Assembly: GCA_965371785.1 (NCBI GenBank)
Contig: CBDUZS010000026.1
Location: forward strand, 1 to 34,755
Direction: 5' to 3'
DNA length: 34,755 bases
Source: an uncultured bacterium
GTDB taxonomy: Bacteria > Fermentibacterota > Fermentibacteria > Fermentibacterales > JCC-6
Made by a program: the position numbers and the translations under genes. Under the pieces are notes generated by a model that saw only the letters and a list, made by a program, of their open reading frames with translations, had not been told where the DNA came from and did no database searches. The stretch's first letter is position 1. Each line of letters opens with the position of its first letter. This document shows, in pieces, positions 28,212 through 34,755 of the stretch.

Positions 28212-29765
28212 GTGAAGTCTTTCGGTGAACTCTGGGAGAATTTTGGAGTATACCTCAAGCATCTGGAACGATTCTACTCCCGCTTCCTTTGCCTTGTCAT
28301 TGCTGGAATTATTGTACACATCTTCCTCGGAAGCGGGTTTGGACTTGCAGCCCTTGAAGAAGTTCAGCATCTCACAGGGCTCGGACCGTCAGCCGTATCA
28401 ATCATCATCTGGGGTCTGCTCACCATTCTCTGCACGGTACTGCTGTTACGCATTTTCAGAAGGTTACGCCTGAAGTTCAAGCACACGGAGGGAATAGCAA
28501 ACTTCGTCAAGAAGGAAGACCTTTCCGTTCATCCCAACGAAATGATCAACAAGCTGCCCGAGCACAGAACCAGCCTCGCGGAACTGTGCAGCCAGTCCGG
28601 AGACAGCGTGGTCGAATTCGTGAACGAACTGATCTCTGCCGGTTTCTCACTCAGCGCAAGCGACATCTACCTGAGCCCGAGGCAGGACTCGGTCAGCGTG
28701 ACGATGCGTGTACACGGACAGCTCTACGATCTGGTCGAATTGAAGACGCTCTCCTATCCTCAGGTAACCAACAGGATAAAAGTCCTCTCCGATCTGGCCA
28801 TTTACAAGCACAACATACCGCAGGATGGTCAGATCCGCTTCGAGGACGGCTCGTATACGGCTCGTGTCTCGCTCATTCCGACCAATCATGGAGAAAGAAT
28901 AGCCATTCGGCTTGTGACGCGTTATGCAAGCACTATGAACCTCGATCAGGTGGGTATGCCTCCGCAAATGCTGACAACCTACAAAGCTCTCCTGAACCGG
29001 AACCAGGGGATGATCATTCTTACCGGACCGACGGGAAGCGGCAAGAGCACCACGATGTTCGCAAGCCTGCTCCTCATCCACAAGCTCAGGGGAGACAGCG
29101 TGAACATCGTCACCCTGGAGGATCCGATCGAGACAGATTTCGAATACTTCAGTCAGACACAGATCGATCCCTTATCAAACATGACGTTTGCCAGAGGATT
29201 ACGCTCGATACTGAGACAGGATCCGGACATCATCATGCTCGGAGAGATCAGAGACGAGGAAACCGCAGTCAACGCCATGCGAGCCGCCATGACCGGACAT
29301 CTGCTGTTCACAACCGTTCATGCAAGCAGTACGACGGGAGTCTTCGACCGCCTGACGCAGATGGGGATCGGCTCTGTGCAGCTGTCTTCGGCAATCCATG
29401 CAGTACTGTCCCAGCGCCTTTGCCGCCGCCTGTGTGAAAACTGCCGCAAAGAGGTTCAATTGACCGATTCGCATATTCGACAGCTCGGGCTGATGGGAGT
29501 CGAGAAGGCTCCGGAAGGGGTGTTCTTCTCCTCTGAAGGCTGTGATGAATGTCTCGGGAAGGGATACACCGGTCGACTGCCTCTCTTCGAAATGCTGATG
29601 ATCACGGATGGCCTGCGTGACATGATTGCAGCGGACAAACCCGCCCACAAGATCTACTCCGAAGCCAGGAAAGAAGGCATGCGTACCCTCTTCGACCACG
29701 GTCTGGTTCTTGCCCGCCAGGGGAAGGTCTCCCTGGCCGAAGTCATACGGCTGGCATCCGGCTGA
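28212..29765 (+). CDS. GspE/PilB-family secretion ATPase with N-terminal two-helix membrane anchor replacing the N1 domain
   Basis: Walker A GPTGSGKST, Walker B DIIMLGEIRD and tetracysteine CENC...CDEC. An N2-like region (ASDIYLSP) follows two predicted TM helices. The probable GTG start at 28212 has an AAGAAGGGA RBS. Confidence 0.8.
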   Translation: MKSFGELWENFGVYLKHLERFYSRFLCLVIAGIIVHIFLGSGFGLAALEEVQHLTGLGPSAVSIIIWGLLTILCTVLLLRIFRRLRLKFKHTEGIANFVKKEDLSVHPNEMINKLPEHRTSLAELCSQSGDSVVEFVNELISAGFSLSASDIYLSPRQDSVSVTMRVHGQLYDLVELKTLSYPQVTNRIKVLSDLAIYKHNIPQDGQIRFEDGSYTARVSLIPTNHGERIAIRLVTRYASTMNLDQVGMPPQMLTTYKALLNRNQGMIILTGPTGSGKSTTMFASLLLIHKLRGDSVNIVTLEDPIETDFEYFSQTQIDPLSNMTFARGLRSILRQDPDIIMLGEIRDEETAVNAMRAAMTGHLLFTTVHASSTTGVFDRLTQMGIGSVQLSSAIHAVLSQRLCRRLCENCRKEVQLTDSHIRQLGLMGVEKAPEGVFFSSEGCDECLGKGYTGRLPLFEMLMITDGLRDMIAADKPAHKIYSEARKEGMRTLFDHGLVLARQGKVSLAEVIRLASG

Positions 29766-29962
29766 CCGGAACACCAGGCAGGTACGTTTACACCCTGGAA
29801 GGCATGGTCTCCAGACAATCCGGAAAGGCACTGGAACATCCTTCGATCAGTGTTCTCCTGCTGTGCCTGGTCGAGGGAAAAGCAGGTGTTGCCTGACGGG
29901 GCGACAGGCTCCATTGTAGGCAACAACAAGCTGCCGGAAACGGTTGTGCCAAGGAGGGAAGA

Positions 29963-31474
29963 ATGGCTCACAGGATAGGGTTCGACAACGAGAAGTACCT
30001 CGAAGAGCAATCGGCCGAGATCCTCTCGCGGGTCAGCGGCGCCGATGGCCGCCTTTACCTGGAGTTCGGCGGAAAGCTCATGTACGACTATCACGCCGCG
30101 AGGGTCCTGCCCGGGTACGACCCGAACGTGAAGGTCAGACTGCTTCAGAAGCTCAGGGATCAGGCGGAGATACTCCTCTGCATATACGCTGGCGACATCG
30201 AGAAGCGAAAGATCCGGGGTGACTTCGGCATCACGTACGATATCGATTCCCTCCGGCTCATAGACGGGCTCCGCTCGAGGGGGATACTGGTACGCGGAGT
30301 CATCATAACCCGGTTCGACGGACAGCCGGCCGCGGTGACCTATGAGAAGCGTCTCAGGAACAGGGGGGTCGATGTCTTCCGACACTACAGAACGAAGGGG
30401 TACCCCACGGACGTTGATCTCATCGTGAGCGAGGAGGGATATGGCAAAAACGACTACGTAGTACCGGAAAGACCGCTGGTCGTCGTCACCGGACCCGGTC
30501 CCGGAAGCGGCAAGCTGGCCACCTGCCTTTCGCAGATGTACCACGACCACAGGCACGGCCTTCACCCGTCCTACGCCAAGTTCGAGACCTTCCCGATCTG
30601 GAACCTGCCATTGAAGCACCCGGTCAACGCAGCCTACGAGGCGGCCACGGCGGATCTGCTGGACTTCAACCTGGTTGACCCGTTCCATCTCGAAGCATAC
30701 GGAAAGACCGCTATCAACTACAACCGCGACGTGGATGCCTTCCCCCTGCTGAAGAGAATACTGGAGAAAATTTCAGGCAGCCGTTCCCCCTTTGCCTCCC
30801 CCACCGAAATGGGGGTCAACAGGGCAGGCTTCGGGATAGTGGACGATGAGGTCGTCTGCGAGGCGGCAAGGCAGGAATTGATCCGGAGATACTTCAGATA
30901 CAGATGCGAGCAGGTCATGGGACTCGCTGACGATCGGACCGTCAGGAAAGCAGAACTCCTCCTCAGAGATTACGAGCTGACCCCTGAGGACAGACTCGTC
31001 GTGGTTCATGCGAGAAAGAGGCTCCACCTTCTGGAGGAGGAAGGAGTCGTATCGGAGGAGTGCTTCGCGGCAGCCCTCGAGCTGTACGACGGCACCATGG
31101 TCACCGGCAAGGGCTCCAGCCTTATGCACGCGGCGGGAGCCCTCGTTCTGAATGCGATCAAGCTGACGGCCGGTATCGACGACAGTCTGCACCTGCTCTC
31201 TCCTGCCGTCATGGACTCCATCAGGAAGCTGAAGAAGAGCCTGAACTCCCTCCCCCTCAACCTCGACCTGGAGGAGGTCCTCATATCCCTCAGCGTGAGC
31301 GCGGCATCTTCGTCCTCGGCAGCGAAAGCCATGGAGCAGCTCTCCAAGCTCAAGGGGTGCGAAGCCCACCTGACCCACATGCCCTCGCTGGGAGACCAGA
31401 ACGGCCTGCGGAACCTGGGGATCAACGTCACTAGCGATCCGGAGTTCAGCAGCACGCGACTCTCCATGGACTGA
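29963..31474 (+). CDS. DUF1846 (UPF0371) family protein
   Basis: Colinear with Bacillus UPF0371 proteins, for example IGFDNEKYLEEQS...LYLEFGGKL...HAARVLPGYDPNVK. The RBS is AAGGAGGGAAG. Confidence 0.85.
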   Translation: MAHRIGFDNEKYLEEQSAEILSRVSGADGRLYLEFGGKLMYDYHAARVLPGYDPNVKVRLLQKLRDQAEILLCIYAGDIEKRKIRGDFGITYDIDSLRLIDGLRSRGILVRGVIITRFDGQPAAVTYEKRLRNRGVDVFRHYRTKGYPTDVDLIVSEEGYGKNDYVVPERPLVVVTGPGPGSGKLATCLSQMYHDHRHGLHPSYAKFETFPIWNLPLKHPVNAAYEAATADLLDFNLVDPFHLEAYGKTAINYNRDVDAFPLLKRILEKISGSRSPFASPTEMGVNRAGFGIVDDEVVCEAARQELIRRYFRYRCEQVMGLADDRTVRKAELLLRDYELTPEDRLVVVHARKRLHLLEEEGVVSEECFAAALELYDGTMVTGKGSSLMHAAGALVLNAIKLTAGIDDSLHLLSPAVMDSIRKLKKSLNSLPLNLDLEEVLISLSVSAASSSSAAKAMEQLSKLKGCEAHLTHMPSLGDQNGLRNLGINVTSDPEFSSTRLSMD

Positions 31475-31502
31475 GATCCACAGGTCCGAAGGAGGCTCCG
31501 GT

Positions 31503-32390
31503 TTGAAGGACATCGGCAGAAAGAAGCTCATAGAACTGGGGATGAGCGCAGGTGACTCGGATATGTACGACGAGGACCTGCTCTGGTCTCGCTACAGCGG
31601 GGACAAGGTTGATATAGCCGAAGTGCTCATGGGTGTTATCCGGACCCTGTTCAGGATGACACCTCAATCCCGCAGGCTGCGTGTCCTTTCCATCGGTTCG
31701 GGTTCCGAACCCCAGTTTCCAATACTGGAATCAGCCTTCATGGGCGGTGTTTACCTTCTGGACGTAGACAGCATTCCCCTGGAGGTAGTGAACGAAAGAA
31801 TCAGGAGACAGTGGATCGACCATGTAACAACGGTTCAGGGGAATTACTGTGAGATGCTCATCCAGCCGGAGGATGCGGAACGAACCCTGAAGAAAAGTCT
31901 GGGTGACAAGAGGTTCGACCTGATAACCCTGCATCATTCCCTGTACTACTGCAGCGAATCGGAATGGGAGAACCTCTTCGTGAATCTCTACGGAAGGATA
32001 CTCTGCCGCCGAGGAGTCATCCATGCGGTGATGATGGCTTCGGAGAGCGACAACCACTTCAGCACTACCTGGCTGTACAACCACTTTGCGGGCAGGTTCT
32101 TCGACTGCCGCAACGACCAGGATCTGAAGACGTTCGGAAGCAAGCTGTCAGGAAACAGCACCTTCATCGGTTCGGAATTCCGGCAGCACACACACAGGGT
32201 AAACTTCTTCGTTGACGACTTTGAGAAGTTCATGGCTGTCGTATGGATGATCCTGCTCTACCCTGACGTTCACAGGTACACACTCGAACAGCGTGAGGAG
32301 ATCACCGAATACGTCTACAACACATTCTGGTCGGAGAGTAAGCCCTTGCTCCAGATGCAGGACCACCTGATCATCAACAGAAAATCGTGA
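31503..32390 (+). CDS. Class I SAM-dependent methyltransferase (putative)
   Basis: TTG start with a GAAGGAGG RBS. Motif I-like LSIGSGSE, acidic LLDVD after beta-2 and motif II-like FDLITLHHSLYY. Confidence 0.55.
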   Translation: MKDIGRKKLIELGMSAGDSDMYDEDLLWSRYSGDKVDIAEVLMGVIRTLFRMTPQSRRLRVLSIGSGSEPQFPILESAFMGGVYLLDVDSIPLEVVNERIRRQWIDHVTTVQGNYCEMLIQPEDAERTLKKSLGDKRFDLITLHHSLYYCSESEWENLFVNLYGRILCRRGVIHAVMMASESDNHFSTTWLYNHFAGRFFDCRNDQDLKTFGSKLSGNSTFIGSEFRQHTHRVNFFVDDFEKFMAVVWMILLYPDVHRYTLEQREEITEYVYNTFWSESKPLLQMQDHLIINRKS

Positions 32391-32427
32391 ATCGGATTGA
32401 CTTGAACCATCAATGAATCATTACCGT

Positions 32428-33021
32428 TTAAACGAGTAGCGTGAACTTGCCTCTGTCCGCCATTTCCAGAAAGCTCGCGACACCGACGTAACTGAGCCCC
32501 TCGATTTCCATCAGCTCGTCTTCCTTGATCCCCATCAGTTCCATGGACATCTGGCAGATGTAGAAATTGACGCCGCACTCCTGAGCCAGCTGAAGGAGGT
32601 CGGGAAGGGAGGGTGTGTTGAACTTCTTCATCAGGCTCTTCATCATTACCGGACCCATTCCCGCGAAGTTCATCTTGGACAGCGGCAGTTTTTCCGGCCC
32701 CTTGGGCAACATGAATCCGAACATTTTCTGCAGGAATAGTTTTCCTCCGGACTGGGGTCCCTTCTTCTTCAATATCGATGTACCCCAGAAAGTGAAGAAC
32801 AGGTTGACCTCCATACCCATGGCAGCACCGCCTGTAGCCAGGTTCAGCGCGACCATCGCCTTGTCCATTTCGTCGGAGAAGACAATAATCGTGAGCTTTT
32901 CCTGCAATTCAGTTTCTGAAAGCTTCCCTCTCAAGGAGGATATCTCCCTCTCCAGTGTGTCCAGACGAGCGCCGAGACTGGAACTTTCCGGAGCATCCTT
33001 CTGGAGTTCAGTAGAAGTCAT
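32428..33021 (-). CDS. DsrE/DsrF-like sulfur-relay family protein with about 45-aa N-terminal coiled-coil extension
   Basis: LTIIVFSDEMDKAMVALNLATGGAAMGMEVNLFFTFWG matches the DsrE-like fold. Its 5' end overlaps the TusA-like stop (ATGA). Confidence 0.6.
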   Translation of the reverse strand: MTSTELQKDAPESSSLGARLDTLEREISSLRGKLSETELQEKLTIIVFSDEMDKAMVALNLATGGAAMGMEVNLFFTFWGTSILKKKGPQSGGKLFLQKMFGFMLPKGPEKLPLSKMNFAGMGPVMMKSLMKKFNTPSLPDLLQLAQECGVNFYICQMSMELMGIKEDELMEIEGLSYVGVASFLEMADRGKFTLLV

Positions 33022-33242
33022 TGTCCTGCCTTTCGAATAACCGCATACGCGACTTCATCCACTACCTCGAAGGAGACGAGGTCATTTCCCGTCTTCCTCA
33101 CCCACGCTTCAAGGTCCGGTCTGAAGGCCGGGTCGTCTGCGGTAACCGTTATCTGAGCCTCTGCGTCAAGACCTTTGATGGCCATACTTAGCTTTACGAT
33201 TGGCATGGGACATCGCATGCCTCTGCAATCGAGTTGCTCCAT
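33018..33242 (-). CDS. TusA-like sulfurtransferase (CPxP motif)
   Basis: MEQLDCRGMRCPMPIVKL...; 74 aa. The longer upstream extension in the ORF track is non-protein-like. Confidence 0.8.
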   Translation of the reverse strand: MEQLDCRGMRCPMPIVKLSMAIKGLDAEAQITVTADDPAFRPDLEAWVRKTGNDLVSFEVVDEVAYAVIRKAGQ

Positions 33243-33353
33243 GTTCTGAAATCCTCTCATTCTGCTGCAAATGTAAACTGTCATCGGCTGTGAGATGGCC
33301 GATACGATGTTGGATGAAGTACTTATCCGACCACTATTTCTACCAGAAGAGCG

Positions 33354-33383
33354 ACAATACTCGGAACCGCTCCATCCTGTCAA
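33354..33383 (-). promoter_or_regulatory. Possible sigma70-type promoter for the TusA-like/DsrE-like operon
   Basis: Minus strand TTGACA-18 nt-TATTGT, about 110 nt upstream of the TusA-like ATG. Confidence 0.25.
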
Positions 33384-33545
33384 AGCTCGGAAAGGGAACG
33401 GGTGTGGCCCCAGCCAACTCCGCCTACCAACCATCACTAATCCCGTAACCTCCGACGATACCCACGTGCGAAGCACGTGTTGGCTCTAACCGCGTGTTGG
33501 GCGGACGGCTCACTCATCAGTGCAACAAATCTCTATTCCTCTGCC

Positions 33546-34421
33546 TTAAAAATACGACTTGGCCCTTTTCCAATTCCTCAGAATATGGAAAGCCAAGGGT
33601 GTTTTTACCCACACATTTCTTATCCACCTTTTCGGCCACGTCTGCTTATCTGCGAATCCAAGTTCATACACCAAGTACTGCTCTTGATCCTGCCCTGTGA
33701 TACGCAACTTGCCGCAGGGATCCGAAACCACCATATGCCCATTCCAGAACCAGCCTTCCTCATCCCCATATCGATTCGCTGTGACTATCCAAGCATCATA
33801 CATCCGTGCATTGAACTTGCTCATAAACAGGCCGTCATCCCTGTCATCCGCCAAACTGAGGATGATCAGGTCCAGACGGCTTCTCATCAACTCCCACATC
33901 GCGCGTGGACTCGCCACGTCGGAACAGATCACAATGCCAGTCTTGACTCCTCTGATATCTGTGATTGTCACTGGTACCGGGCCCGGTCGATAGTTCGCCT
34001 TCTTCTCACCAGGCTTCAAGTTCCATTTACGATGGACAACTTGAACTTTGCCTTGCGGGTCTAGCAACACCTGAGCGTTGTGCAGTGCCTTGCCATCAAT
34101 CTCGGACATACCAAAGCAAAGATGAATCTTGTGTTTCGTCGCCAATGAGACAAATACTTGAAGGGTTTCTTGCGAAATAGGTTCAGCAATACGGCGATGA
34201 TACTCCGGCATATCGCCAGGGTTATACCACCCCAGGATCATTTCGCCGAATATCACCAACTCGATGTCTGGATGCGTTTGCATAATGGCGTCTACCCTGT
34301 TAGCAATCCTGGTGCGATTTGTATCGGGATTACGATCACAGGACATCGCAACGGTGGCGACTTTGAGACGCTTTGTAGCGGCCCGCTCATTGCAGAATAC
34401 CGACTTGAATATGGGTATCAT
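33546..34421 (-). CDS. Carbon-nitrogen hydrolase (nitrilase/amidase superfamily)
   Basis: LKVATVAMSCDRN...IELVIFGEM...GIVICSD are CN-hydrolase E-K-C-type motifs. GC content is lower than the rest of the window, and AT-rich sequence lies upstream. Confidence 0.65.
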   Translation of the reverse strand: MIPIFKSVFCNERAATKRLKVATVAMSCDRNPDTNRTRIANRVDAIMQTHPDIELVIFGEMILGWYNPGDMPEYHRRIAEPISQETLQVFVSLATKHKIHLCFGMSEIDGKALHNAQVLLDPQGKVQVVHRKWNLKPGEKKANYRPGPVPVTITDIRGVKTGIVICSDVASPRAMWELMRSRLDLIILSLADDRDDGLFMSKFNARMYDAWIVTANRYGDEEGWFWNGHMVVSDPCGKLRITGQDQEQYLVYELGFADKQTWPKRWIRNVWVKTPLAFHILRNWKRAKSYF

Positions 34422-34755
34422 CTTACAATTCCATTTTGTGTTCTACGTTTTATTATGACGCAGGAAGCAAGTGCCGCCCAACGATTGAGTTCACCTGCAT
34501 TTTGGAGCGACAGCGGAAAAATGTCAGGTGCAACAATTTGTTATACATTTTATCTATCCTTCTTCTCAACTTGTAGTTGGGCAAATTTAATGCACCACAC
34601 CTCGCAATTATTTCTAAAGTTTAATAATAGTAAATTATTCTCAAAACCACCATATACGCCCAATTACATTTAGCATGTGTTATAAACTGGCCGGTTTTAA
34701 GAACTTTATCGGTTTTGCAATCTATATTCATAAAAACAAAAGTTAGTCCAGTATG

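Noticed and set aside
29766-29962. Possible riboswitch-like nested stems in the 197-nt leader of the DUF1846 gene
   Set aside because: The pairings are short and I cannot match them to any known riboswitch consensus. This needs covariance-model scanning (Rfam) before it can be called.
33295-33489. 64-aa plus-strand ORF ending just after the cacgtgc palindrome
   Set aside because: No usable SD. The translation is Pro/Ser/Thr/Arg-rich and non-globular. It is probably non-coding 5'-UTR or promoter sequence of the minus-strand TusA operon.
33495-34483. 9-bp inverted repeat (gttgggcgg / ccgcccaac) flanking the CN-hydrolase gene
   Set aside because: It is too short to distinguish from chance in a 35-kb GC-rich window. 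No transposase, integrase or target-site duplication is evident.
1-34755. tRNA/rRNA/CRISPR scan by eye (T-loop GTTCGAATC-like motifs, regularly spaced direct repeats)
   Set aside because: No candidate found. All intergenic gaps are 350 bp or shorter and lack cloverleaf-compatible sequence or repeat arrays.

Overview
This is a GC-rich (about 55-60%) bacterial chromosomal segment, densely coded, with about 32 protein genes. I saw no rRNA, tRNA, CRISPR array or transposase/integrase. The window uses TGA as an ordinary stop: clpB, trmFO, the first glycosyltransferase (7196..8227) and asnB all end in TGA.

Housekeeping genes clpB, trmFO and glnS are interleaved with a polysaccharide/glycoconjugate-biosynthesis neighbourhood. 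That neighbourhood holds seven glycosyltransferases, including a recently duplicated GT4 pair. It also holds a MurJ/Wzx-type flippase translationally coupled to a GT2, a Gfo/Idh/MocA oxidoreductase, and an AsnB-type amidotransferase ATGA-coupled to a GCS2-type carboxylate-amine ligase. Further along are a D-2-hydroxyacid dehydrogenase, an EFR1-type ferredoxin, a PEBP protein, an SPFH protein and an internally duplicated lipoprotein. An orphan GspE/PilB-type ATPase follows, whose N1 domain is replaced by two transmembrane helices. After it come a DUF1846 protein, a SAM-methyltransferase and a DsrE-like/TusA-like pair. The lower-GC 3' end carries a carbon-nitrogen hydrolase.

Most notable finding: two tandem, diverged paralogous genes on the minus strand (11801..12439 and 12464..13111). 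Each encodes a signal-peptide protein whose reading frame is interrupted by exactly one in-frame TGA, 21-22 residues after the predicted signal-peptide cleavage site (codon 37 / 40). Each TGA is followed, after an identical 11-nt spacer, by a nearly identical 20-nt hairpin (8-bp stem, UGGU loop). This is the geometry of bacterial selenocysteine insertion (UGA + SECIS). I interpret the pair as a candidate, apparently undescribed, family of secreted selenoproteins.
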